Assembly (NCBI RefSeq): GCF_009834535.1
Contig: NC_045696.1
Span: forward strand, 85,624,001-85,688,000
DNA: 64,000 nt
DNA from: Camelus ferus
Lineage: Eukaryota
Direction: 5' to 3'
Shown here: piece after piece, positions 38,332-50,300 of the stretch
Layout of the letters: every line of letters begins with the position of its first letter
Numbering within the stretch: position 1 is the first letter of the stretch
Program-made: the position numbers and the translations under genes
Notes under the pieces: generated by a model
Database searches by the model: none
What the model was told of the DNA's origin: nothing
What the model saw: the letters and a program-made list of their open reading frames with translations, nothing else

Positions 38332-40345
38332 TTGAGGCAGCTGCAGCAAACTTAAAAACTAGGCGGAACGAGAACGTCAGCAAATTCTTTGTTAAATAAG
38401 CTTACTGCTTTTATTTACACTTTCCTGTGCACATTTTTTTTAAAGACAGAGAAAAACATAAGGAAGCCTCATTCTATTCCCTATGAATACTCTATTTCTT
38501 TTATATGTCACAATAAATTAAACTGTGATCTCATATATGTACAAATAACAAGAGACGGCAAATTAATTTTCTGCTTCTTTTTGCTTCATCTCCAAGGAAA
38601 ACAATTAACACTGGCTACTATCAGAAGTTTCCAGGATTTTGGTATTTAAATCAAAGGCAGCTTTTCAAAAGAGAAATCTATGCTTCTGAACTAACACAAT
38701 GCAAGTGTGTTAAACATGCTCTGCTACTTAAAAAAAATTATAAACCTTACCTCTAGAAATACTTAGTGTGTTCCTTATCAATGCACTACCCTGACTTGAG
38801 TATGATAACAAAGAAAACCAGTTTCGGTTCTAGTTCGTGTGATAAGGTGTTCATACGACTTTAATATTTCAACAAAAGCTCCTTGAATTAATTTCTCTCT
38901 AAATATCTCCCTAAGCTTCTTCCCCTTAAAGAGGATAATTTGTATACCTGAATGAGATATAAGCTTAATTAATTAATTGACTAGAGCACTTAAAGTCTTA
39001 TCTACTGCGATATGCATTTAGAAATGTGATTATTGGCTGTTTCATTATTCCCTACAGATCAAAATGAATATGCATCACTATTCCCGATCCCCACCCGACC
39101 ACTATCCTACATCTCCTGCACCTCTCAAGATTTGGGACTTCACTTTTCCTGTCAAATTAAAATTTGATTTTAAACTATTTAATAATGGACCCATCTACAG
39201 TGATTTATATTTTTATAGGCAAATGTCAGCCAGAGCTTGAAGCCCCTTTGGGAAATAGAAGTTCTTAATCACTTCAATTTCAAATCACAGTTTGAGAATA
39301 TCTGGTACGATAAACATAGAAGAAATCTGTTTCATCAATATTTCATCTCAATTTTCACTTCTATGTGTATGATAAATAAACAGTGGCTTTTCAAAGGCAT
39401 ACCATTAAACATAGTCTTAAGAAAAGGGGTTTTTCCCTTTAAATACAGCACTATCAAATATCAAACTATAATTTCTGTGAGTTTATAAAGTCTCTGAAAA
39501 CCTGTGTGCTGATGGGATTAAAAAGAATGTTAATTCTTCATGTTTCTATGCCCTCAACACATACCACTGTGGGATATGAAAACATATTAGTTACCTGACT
39601 CCTAAATTATATGATTTATATGCTGCATTATGGTTAGTATTGTATAGAACTTCTTAGAAGGGTGAGACACTCAAATATATAGTTTAAAATTGCAAGCAGA
39701 ATAAACAGTGTTTGGAAATTTATAAATGATAAAGCAGTGAGCACTGACCAAACTCAGAGATCCTCAACTTTTACAAAGCAAAATTTGATAAATGAACATT
39801 TAAATGCCACAAAGAGATAAATTAGGGGATAAAACTTCCCACCATAAATGTTTTGAACTTATAAAATCATTCTTTAAGTTAAAGTTCCCTGGACTATCAA
39901 GGATGACTTTGTTGAAAAAATATTTACATGCATAAACAGAAAAAAAATGAAACATTAATGAAAGGAGATGTATGAATTTCATAGCCAAAGATATTTTGTT
40001 TATCCTTATTAGAACCAAAAGCTGAAAATGATAAATGTTGGATGCTACATGAAAACAAGATGATTATATGGTCAGAGAAGGAAGTATCATGATCACATGC
40101 TATCCCCTGAAAGAAGGTCTAAAATTAGTTTTAAGACACTAAGACAAGAGAAACTACAGGATAAGAGTAAGTTCTCAAATAGGAGTATTCTAAGAAAGAA
40201 AATTATTTCTATTTCCACAATTTAGCATGTAAAACTCAAAGAAAGTGAAAAGGACCAAGTCAAAGTCACACAGTGGAGTCTAGAACTAAAATAACATGAG
40301 GACTATATAAAACATGTCTTTTACAGTGAACTAGGATGAAGGATC

Positions 40346-40831
40346 TGTGTTAGTGTTCTATTGCCACATAACACATTATGGCACATTTACTATCTCACAG
40401 TTTCTGTAGGTCAGCATTACAGGCACAGTTTCGATGAACCCTCTGCTCAGAGTCTCTCAAAGCTGCAATTTAGGTATCAATTGGGCTGTATTCTTGTCAG
40501 GAGACTTGACTGGGGAAGAATCAAGTTTCTAAATTCAATCAGGTTATTGGCAGAATTCATTTCCCCGACCTCTTCAAGGCCACCAGGAAAGCATGTCTTC
40601 ATTTCAGGGAGGTCACCAGACTCTCTTTTAAGGACTTTCACCCAGAATAATCTTGCTTTCAATGAACTCAAAATCAACTAATCTGTGACTTTAATTACAT
40701 CTACAAAATCTCTTCACATTTGCCATTTTCTGTTGAGTAGAAGCAAGTCACAGGTTCCACCTACACTAAAGAAGAGGGGATTATGCAAAGGTGAGACACA
40801 TTGGAGGTCACCTTAGAGTGTGCCCACAACA
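40346..40831 (-). mobile_element. MLT1 (MLT1D/E-like) MaLR solo LTR with intact 5-bp TSD GGATC
   Basis: tgtgttagt...atttactatctcacagtttctgtaggtcag...cccacaaca; ggatc at 40341-45 and 40832-36. Confidence 0.9.
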
Positions 40832-41717
40832 GGATCTATGTAAAGACACATGGAATTTCTTGTTTACCAACCAAAAGCATAAGTAGAAGGATAATGGGAG
40901 TACAAGGGCATCTTGTTGACTCTACAGAGACATGGATATATTTATCATAGAGTTTTGCACATGCATGGTTATATCTAACAAAGAATATAACAAAGAAAAG
41001 TTAGAGAAGTCATTTGATCAAGAAGGGATATGGAGGCAGAAGGTAAATGCATTGGACTTGAGGAATAATGTCAGACTCATGAGCAGAACTTGGGACAGTG
41101 AAAAGCATTGGTGCTGTTGTGGCCCCAACGGCATTAGGTACTACATGTGTTCGTGTTGCCTGGCTGCCTGCGCACAGCTCCTCACACCTCATCATCCGTA
41201 CTCTGAAGTGGCTCAGCCTTATTAGACCAGGAGCATATGTTCAACTGAAAAAGAATATATCCAGAGACTGGCCAGAAATTTATAGTTTGTGTGGCCTTAC
41301 TGGGAAAATATGTCTGTCCAATTAGATTTTCAGGAATTTGAACTGAAATAAATGAGAGAAGTTGCCAGTTGTTGGAGAACATTGCAGCTGAAAGGCCATG
41401 TAGCAATTATGAGCTGTGTGTTAGCTGATGCAGAGAAAGCAGCTTAGCAGAAAGGAAAAAAAAAAAAAAAGACTCAAAAAGAAGTAGAGATTAGAGAGAC
41501 CATTCATTCACTTAATCCCTCTATACATTCATATGGAGTTCTCATTATGTACTAGGCACTGTTCTAGGTGCCAAGAACACCACAATGACTAAGACAAAGT
41601 CCCTGTTCTCATGAAGCTGCTTTTTGTAGTGCGGGAGAGACAGGAAATATGCACAAGCATATACATTGTATTTCATTAGGTGAGAAAACTGTAGAAATAA
41701 AAATAAAGCAGGCCATG

Positions 41718-42126
41718 CACAGCTACAGAAACAATAAAAAGATTGTGGTTTCCAGGGGTTTTGGGAGAGGGAGGGAGGGAGGGATGAATAGATGGAGTAT
41801 AAGGGATTTTTAGGGTGATGAAATTATTCTGTATGATACTATAATGGCGGCTAAATGTCATTATGCATCTGTCAAAGCCCACAGAATGTACAACATCAAA
41901 AGTGAGCCCTAACGTAAACTATGGAATTTGGTTGATAATAATATACCCATGTTGGTTCATCAATTGTACCAAATATGCCACACTGATGAGGGGTGTTGAG
42001 GGTAGAGGAGTATGTATGTGTGGGTGGGGAGGGCTATGTGGAAACTCTGTATTTTCTGCTCAATTCAGCTGTAAACCTGAAACTTCTCTAAAAAAATAAA
42101 GGTCTATTAAGAAAGAAAGAAAGGAG
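41718..42126 (+). mobile_element. L1MC2-like 3' end inserted into an L2
   Basis: gatttttagggtgatgaaattattctgtatgatactataatgg...aaaaaataaaggtctattaa; same family as 18900-19290. Confidence 0.88.
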
Positions 42127-42132
42127 AAAGCA

Positions 42133-42160
42133 AGCCAGCCAGCCAGCCAGCCAGCCAGCC
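42133..42160. repeat. (AGCC)7 tetranucleotide repeat
   Basis: Read directly. Confidence 0.95.
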
Positions 42161-45100
42161 ATGAAGTTTAAAAGTAATGGGGAAATTGCTACCTGAGGTA
42201 GTACGGTCAGGGTGCCTATTTGACCACGTGTCCTTTGAATGGAAATCTGAATGCAGTGATGGTGCCAGCCATGCTGGTATTTGTGGAAAGGGTATTCTGG
42301 GAAGAGTGTATAGTTGGTGCAAAGGCTCTGAGATAAGTGTGTGCTTGGTGAGTTAAAGGAATAGCAAGGGAGGGAAAACTGCCAGGGACAGTGGGAGAAA
42401 GAGAGCATGTGATAGGGTTGAAGACAGATATGGAGTGGGCAAGATCACACAGGGCTTGTGAACCTGGGTCAGAACACTAGCTATTACCTAGAGAGATGGG
42501 AAGCCACTAGAGGATTACTAGAAGATAATATTAGACTTAGGTTTAAAAAAATCATTCCTGCTGTTGTACAGAACAGATGGGAAGTGAGGGAGGTGACAGG
42601 GAGACCATTTGGACCCTGAAAGAGACAAAGTGTGGCTTAATTTCCAACTATGTTTCCTATGAGGTCTGGCTGTACTTGTTTCAGTCCTTGAATTTCCATG
42701 AGATAACACTGTAAATCCTTTTTTTAAAAAAATCCCCATTTTCTTAAACTAGATTGCTAAAGACTCTAGGAAATGGTCAAAATATTCAAGGCTTGGATAT
42801 TTTAAATTTTTATATATTTTGGCATAAGAGCTAAAAAGTATAAGAATGTTAAAAACATGGTACCTTTTTATAAATGATAGAAAGTGCTTGCACATGGGGA
42901 GTTGATGTCAGCCTATTAAATTGCTGAACAGTGTTATTTTTCCAGGGCATTGGCTTAAGCCCATAGGAAAAGGTCAGTTCCTAGGATTATTTATCTGATC
43001 CTTTGTGACATAAGTGTTTCGAGGGTTTTTAACTCAAGGAATACTAACATCCAGCACCAATAAAAGAGTATTTAGGATGTATAGTTCAATTTTACTATCT
43101 CATGGATAACTATTTTGTTTGCTATACTACAGAACCTTTGAAACTAGGCACACCCTCTGCCCCACATTTAGAGACAAAATAATTTTAGAGACAAAACAAT
43201 TAAAAGATTTTAGAAGGAATCCATTAATTTCCAATTCTGAATCCTTCTAACTCACACACATACAGAAACACACACACATGAGTATCAGTTGTGTATGTGT
43301 AGACATATTTTGGCTACTTTTCATGGCATTTCAAAAGAAATTTTACAAAATCAATCATAAAGTTTTTCAAAATGGAAGAGAAGTGGGTAGCAAACATTTT
43401 GTCACTGTATTAATCACATGAGACATTTCACCATTACCCTTTCAATGAAAATACTCAACTGAAACAAGAAATAAGAAAATTAATTTTAGGTCAGATTATC
43501 CTTTGAAAATATTAAAGGTACAACATTAAAATACATGCTTAAATATGCAAATATCCTGGTCCTTTATTTTATCTTTGGTGAAGCTTTCTAGAAAGTATTT
43601 AATGATATTTTTTTGGAGGGGGGAAATTTATAGTAACATAGGTTCCACACTGTTTGATAATTTTGCCATCATTAAAAAACAGTGAATAGTATCTTAGCTA
43701 TGCCACATCTATTTATCTAATTTTTCTTGTTATTTAAAATATTTGCTAAAAATAACATTTATAAAAAACATTCTCCCACTCAGCAAATTCTTAAAAACAC
43801 TAACATCAAAAAAAATAAAATTCAAACCATTCATCTATGAAAGAAGAGAATTTTCTTAGATATGATGGGGAAAAAAATGGCATCCATGGAATCATATATT
43901 TACTTTTAGGTGTCCAAATGTCAATAGACACACAACAGACACAAAAGAACATCAATTTCAATAATCAAAAGACAGAGTACACAGATTACAGACATGGGAA
44001 TAACTAAACATTGATTAACAACATAGAAATGTGAAGGGAGATTTAGATAGACCCTAAAAGCTGAAAGAAGCTACATCCTAAGATACTCAGCAGAGTGACG
44101 TAGAAGGGCAACTAAATTCAAGGAAACAATTTTTTTGGATTTAAGTCAGTTTAGGAATTATTAATGTTCAGATATATATTCAGTGTTTCATAACATTGTT
44201 GTTCTATCCTTAAACTGCAAGGTGGTACATAAGATTTACATTATCTGTGAACTCCAGCACATGATCACATTAAAACCTTTCATCTTGTCCCATACTTGGT
44301 AAGGAAAACATTTTTCAGCAGGCTTATATTGAAATCAGCCTCATTTAAAAATATTCATTTCATATTCATGTTTTCAAGTAGATTTCACAAGTTCAAAGAC
44401 CAGGGTGAATTTGATTTGACTTATAAATATCTACATGTATTGTTCAGGCTCTCTAGCTTCTTTAGCTGATACCAATATTATTCTGCTATGATGCTGTAGT
44501 TGATTTTAAATTAGTAGAGTAAGAGGGTAGATTAGTAGATTTAACATATAGATCTTAAAATGTGGTCCCACAGAGATTTCTATGAAAATTAGCTTAAATA
44601 TTTTGAATATATCAGAAGTAACTTTTAAGCACTATAATGTCCTCTAACATCTTGTCCCTGTAGTAGTTACCACAAATTCTACAGTTTCACAGCTTCAATT
44701 ATCATATCAATTTAAATGATGCCTTCTCTAGCTCTAACTCATCTCTTGAAGATTGGTTCTGCATTTCTACCTTCCAGGTGAGTTTCTCTCAATACATATA
44801 AATCTCTCTCAAAAAGTAGGAAGTTCATTACCCTAGATTTTTAAACAAATCCTCAAGGGGTAACTAAGACAAATGAATGGGAAGTTAAAGAAAACTAATT
44901 TTCTTCAATTTGCTTAAACATTTTTCTATCAATTAGATTTATCCAAAAATAAAATGTGCCGCCCTGAACTATACTATGCTGCACATCATAGGCAATATTA
45001 AAGCATAGTCTGGATAACAACCTGGCAAGGGATAGTGAAGTAGGGATCTGAATATCACATACCTGGTCAGACTAGATAAACTTTTCAAGTCTCACTTAAT

Positions 45101-47532
45101 TCTGAGATTCCATGATGCTATAAAATTACTTTTATTCCCTTCTTTTATGATGTATTAAAAAAAAAACTGCCTTCACTTCTAAACCTTATGTGATTTACCT
45201 CTTTCCACTACATAACACCTATTGTTTATTTCCTCATGTACTATTCAATAGCTTAATTCTTTTCAATAAATATATTTGATTAATTTCCCCTTAACTTGGT
45301 CTCTTAACACTTTTATTTGTCTCTCAGTAGTTTAAATCTTAATATCTACAATCTGTTAATTCCAAATAATTTTAGAAAATCTCTTATAAAGGAAACAACA
45401 TCTTTCTATGCTGAATCCATACTACAAATAAAAATTTGGAAGGTTGTTCGTACTCAAAAGATTAACTCTGAGAGTCCTAAAATAGTTTACTTAACATTTG
45501 AGATTAAAAGATGTGTTTACTTCTAAAATAAACTAAGACTTCACTTAATGGATGCCTAAAAAATGTTTCTAAATGTTTTAGTGAAACAAGATAGAAAAAA
45601 TCAGCGTCCAATTGAATATCTGGTAACTACTTCTACATATTTAAAGCTTGTTAGTTATAATGATAACGCAGTCAACACCTACAAATGTACCTTGATTCAC
45701 TAAATTTTACAAGATGCTTTTGAAAAAAAGTTACCAATGCTTGGAAACTTTTTCTACATTACATAAAATTTTTCAAACATGTTTCCTCTATGGAAGTTTA
45801 GGAACATCTATACAAACAAACATTAATGTAAGTATGTAACCTTCAGTATGAATTGCTCAATCCTTTGAATTCTTTCAGTAAATACTAAAAAGCCCTAAAA
45901 TAGAACAAAACTAAAAATATTTAATTCCTGTTTTATCACACTTTTATTTCTCTACTTTTTTCTAGGCTAAATTCTCATTTAAAAATTGTGTGTGGAACAA
46001 TATTTTCAATTGTTTCAACAGTGGTAAAAAGTTGGTGAAATGAGGATACAATCAACTTTTTGGTATTATGAAATACGTAGTTTGTTGGCCTGAAAATTAT
46101 TGGAATGTACAAAGAAAAAAACGAGGTCCGCTTCATGATGTTTATGCAATAGTTAAAAGCAAATGAATACAATATATAGATGACTTAGGTATGCCATATA
46201 TAATCATAGATTGCTGCAGTTCGGATCTTTTTTTGGGTGAATGCTCCATTATACAATAAACTCTTTAGTATTACTTCAGTTAGTATTAAATCTTTCAAAC
46301 AATGTATTCATTTTTTTAAATCAGAGTAGGTAAAATAGATGCTAGACAAGAATAATATGACACTTTATTCATTTTAATACTCTTCTGTCTTTCTCTGGAA
46401 AATGGCATAGTAGTAAAAAAAGAAGCTGTGAAGTACTGTAATGTCCTTGTAACTAAAAATATATGTCAATCAGCAATATAAAAATATTTAATTTTTATTG
46501 AACTGAAAATTACATTCTGTACATTACTTCTGTATTTTCCTTTTATCCATTATGCATCATCCATAAAGAACATTTTTTTCCGTAAGAATTCTTCCTTTTC
46601 ACAAGTAAATTATGTGTGATTAAAATAAAACTATGGATAATTAAATACCTTCACAGAATGCACTAAAGAACCACTCCAAGGTCCATCACAGTCACTTACC
46701 CTACAACATTTTTATCTGGCCTGAAATATCTGTGTTGGAAGTACTCACTTCTGACACTAACAACCCCTCCTAGCTATTATTCAATCTTCTGTAGCTCCCC
46801 AGTACTATCAAGCCATCTGCTCAGAGTAAATATATTAACATATTCAAAGTTCTCGCATCAACAAATAACTTTGAAAATCAAATAAAATGAAAAAAAGTTA
46901 AAGAGATTCAGCTATTTTAGGAATGATATTGCCTGCTGTCTTTCAGGCTTACTCTAATATCCTCCAGCCCTGAGGATCAGGGGTGTGTGTGTGATTTCAC
47001 ACCTGCCCACATAGAATATGGTGTACTCAGGAGTGATTCTCCTCAAATTGAGCAACTACCTGAAAAGGCCAGAAACATGCCTATGACTCATTAGTCTACC
47101 GATATAGCTTGGTTTCTCCTAAATCAAGACTGATTTGTTACAGGGATGGACTTTTTTTGCAATCTTTCCTGGATATAGCACTTTAAAACTGAATTTGGAG
47201 ACCTAGCGAGTGGAAAACCCAAGACAAATGTTCTTTTCATATCCATGTTTTAACATATGTAAAATACACATGGAAGCATTTATTATGCAAGAAAACACTG
47301 AAGAGAGGTTTGGAATTCATGCCAGTAGATGTGACAAGCTATATTTAGAGGAATAGGTTTTGATATTGTGGTGCTTTTATCATTTTCTTGGTTCCTGCAG
47401 ATATCTTGTTAATCTAAATAGTCTTAAAGAAAACTGAGTATTTTGGAGAACAAAGTGAAACATTTTAAGTATGTTACTTTTAAAAAGCAGTCTAAATTCA
47501 CATTTTATTTATAACCAATACTGAATTTAGTG

Positions 47533-47535
<3 letters not shown>

Positions 47536-47568
<33 letters not shown>
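47536..47568. repeat. (AC)n microsatellite
   Basis: Read directly. Confidence 0.97.
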
Positions 47569-47570
<2 letters not shown>

Positions 47571-48597
47571 ATCCAAAAAAATTCCACAGGCCCACAGGCC
47601 CACAGGCCCCTGGTTTTCACTATAACCAGTTCCATCCTCTTCTCTCTTTGAATGAGGTTAATATGGAACACTGGACTTGTGGTATTATAAGTATACAATA
47701 AAGAGTAACAATGATATAACACAGTATATAGAAAAACCATTAAATAAAGGCTAAAATCTCATCTTCAAGCCTGTTTCTCAAAAGTTTTCATATATAAATT
47801 AAAAGAGTACTGTCTCTTTGCAAGTGTTGAGTCAGAGTTCCTTTGAAAGATTTTGAAAATAGGGTGGGCTCATTTTACATCTACAATTATAATAGCTACA
47901 CAACTTCCCTTGTCTTGGACAATTTATTGCACTCAGTTGAGGAAGGAATGGCAAGAGATACAAAGATGAGTCCCCAGGCTACCTTCTATTCAGTTTGGGA
48001 GTTAGTAGAGGACTGCCTTTCTCGAACACAAGTCTCTAATGAACGAGATCTATTAAAAAGAACTGCGTTAGTTTACATTGCAGATTGAATGGAGCATTAA
48101 ATGACTGCATTAGTATGACTGCAGTGGGGGTAATGGTCGCCTCCAGTGGGTATATAATGTTGTAATAACACTTCCACATAGGTGTAATAATTGTTCAAGT
48201 GTCCTTATTTGATTTGTCAGGAAATGCTATCCAGCATCTCTCCAGCAAATGTCCCCCCACCCCCCACACACCTCCCTTCACCATACAGTTTTATTGTCCT
48301 CCCTTTTAGCAGGTGTAAACAGATTAGGAAATATCTGTACTTGCAAACTGTCACCTATGTATCATGAAGGTGGAGGGCTACTGCAAATAACTTGGAAACA
48401 GCTTCTGATAGGCGTTTAGCGATACCGCCCACCAATACAGCTCAGATGCTCTTAATTTGATCACCCCCACCCCCTCTGGCCTGGGCTGTAATTTTCCAAA
48501 CAGACATCTCTCATTTGCAAATAAAAGTTAAAGTCAATCCACAGATACATAATGCTAACTTCCTGTCACTGAATTTTACAAGGTTTTTCTTTGTAAA

Positions 48598-48706
<109 letters not shown>

Positions 48707-48709
48707 GAG

Positions 48710-49005
48710 AATCACTTGCTTCCTTGCTTCCTAAGCAGGGATTTGCCTGTGATGAGCGGCGAGAGGACTGCGGCGGCTGATTTACACAGTTGGCGCGGAG
48801 GAGGGGCCGGGGGTGCGGGGGGGGGTGGGGGGATAAGCTGGCGGATCAGCGATGGGCTGATCTGGGGGCTCCCGAGCGCCGCTCCCTCTGTGTGCGATTT
48901 GGGGGAGGCTGATGGATTTGAATTGGGGTTCCAGCCCAGCGTTTCGTATACTGCCTTCTAACACCCGACCTGGCGCTCCCAGTTTGAGTACAGACGTCGG
49001 TAAGT
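48710..49005 (+). promoter_or_regulatory. SLITRK3: Candidate distal promoter and non-coding first exon (1a), donor after 48999
   Basis: GC/CpG-rich sequence starts right after the (GA)50 tract; consensus donor TCG|GTAAGT (GT at 49000). TSS not determinable. Confidence 0.6.
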
Positions 49006-49059
49006 AACGTGTAATCCGATTTTAGTTATTTCCTATACCATTAGAGTGGCACTTTTAAA

Positions 49060-50300
49060 GCAGGTCAGTCTTAAAAGATGCCGCCGCCGTGAGCGTCCCC
49101 TTGGCCTGAAACGTTCCGCGGTCCCTTCCCTTCCCCGCCCCCTACCCTCTCCCGCTCGAGAAGTAAGGATGCTTGAATAGTGAGCTCTTCGGGGGCTCAC
49201 TCTCAGAGGACAGGATCGCTTCACCTTGGTGCTTTGCCCGAGATCTAAATCCAAGTCGAATTTGGTGTGTTCAGCCATACTGTTGTATTTGTATCCCGTA
49301 TCTCTTTTTCTCTCCTTCCTCTCCTCCCCACCCCCGCGCCCCCACCTTCGCTGTCTGGCCAGTGCTAGGATCTGGGATCTGGTCGCCCCCTTCCTGCCTC
49401 CTTCCCGCCCCTCCCCACCCTCTTTTCTCGTGTACACACCACCCACCCCCACTCCCACCTACCCAAAGGGTCAAGAGCAAAGACACCCGGCAAAGGCAAG
49501 GGATAGTCCCGGCTCCTCGTACCGAAAGAGGCCTCGGGCAGGAATTGCGCTGTGAGTGTCAACCTTTCAGGAAGCGAGAAAGAGAAAAACCCTGAGATTC
49601 AGCCAGGGTTCTCGGGGACCGCGAGACTCGCCGCTGAATCGAGAGCACCAAGAATTTAAATCAAAGAACCCAGTCCTGGGATACACAGGCTTCCTGCCTG
49701 CCATCGAGGGTAAATAGAACTGTGGTCGTGAGCTCCTGTCACTGGCATTGTCGCGCTAGGTGCGCGCCCGGCTCTCCCACTGGTATGCACCGACCATTTC
49801 CTTGCAAGTCTCAAAGGTGGAAACACTTAAAAGGATTACAAGCGAGATTTGGTGGCCTTTCTGAAAGTTGGTGGCCGTTGGAGGAGAAACTGCAGGCGAC
49901 GGCATGATGGATACAATTCAGCCTCCCAGAGAGTTTGCACCTCCCGCTGGGAAGCCCCTTGGAGTAAACCTCGGAGATCGAGAGCGCTCTGCACGGTTAG
50001 GTACTCGCCGCCATCCTTTCCTATTTTGCCTAATTGAAACCAGTATTCTCGCGTGTGGGATGTGCACTGTAGAGCATATAGTTTGCCCACAGTGGCTTCT
50101 GTACGCTTACAGCTGCTGGGGGTTGTATTTTTAAACTGGATCGTTTAGCTGTAAGGATGACAGGAGTGGTCCTGGAGACTAACAAACCCTTGGACCCCTT
50201 TTCTTGGGGAAGTAAATCGTAACTCCAAAAAATAGGCCAGGTGGCTGAGCGAAGGGCCCCTCCCCCAACGGATCGCTCCTGTTGTAAGAAGGAAAATGGC
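49060..50300 (+). promoter_or_regulatory. SLITRK3: CpG island and candidate first exon (1b), donor after 49995 or 50000
   Basis: Dense CpG, GC boxes (ccccgccc), C-rich tracts; donor-like ACG|GTTAGG and TAG|GTACTC about 4.7 kb upstream of the acceptor; also GCT|GTGAGT after 49551. Confidence 0.6.

Larger units (their letters stand above)
41501..42608 (-). mobile_element. L2 LINE (minus strand), interrupted by L1MC
   Basis: cattcattca tail, atgtactaggcactgttctaggtgc, aagacaaagtccctgttctcatgaagct; later gtgcaaaggctctgag, gggaagccact. Confidence 0.85.
41330..42765 (+). mobile_element. Old MLT1K-like LTR halves (about 41330-41500 and 42601-42765) split by an L2
   Basis: ggccatg...agaagtagagattagagagac resumes as ttcctatgaggtctggctgtac...aaatccccattttcttaaactag. 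Confidence 0.45.

Noticed and set aside
48136..48150. Second CTCF-like motif gtcgcctccagtggg
   Set aside because: Several core mismatches; too weak to call.
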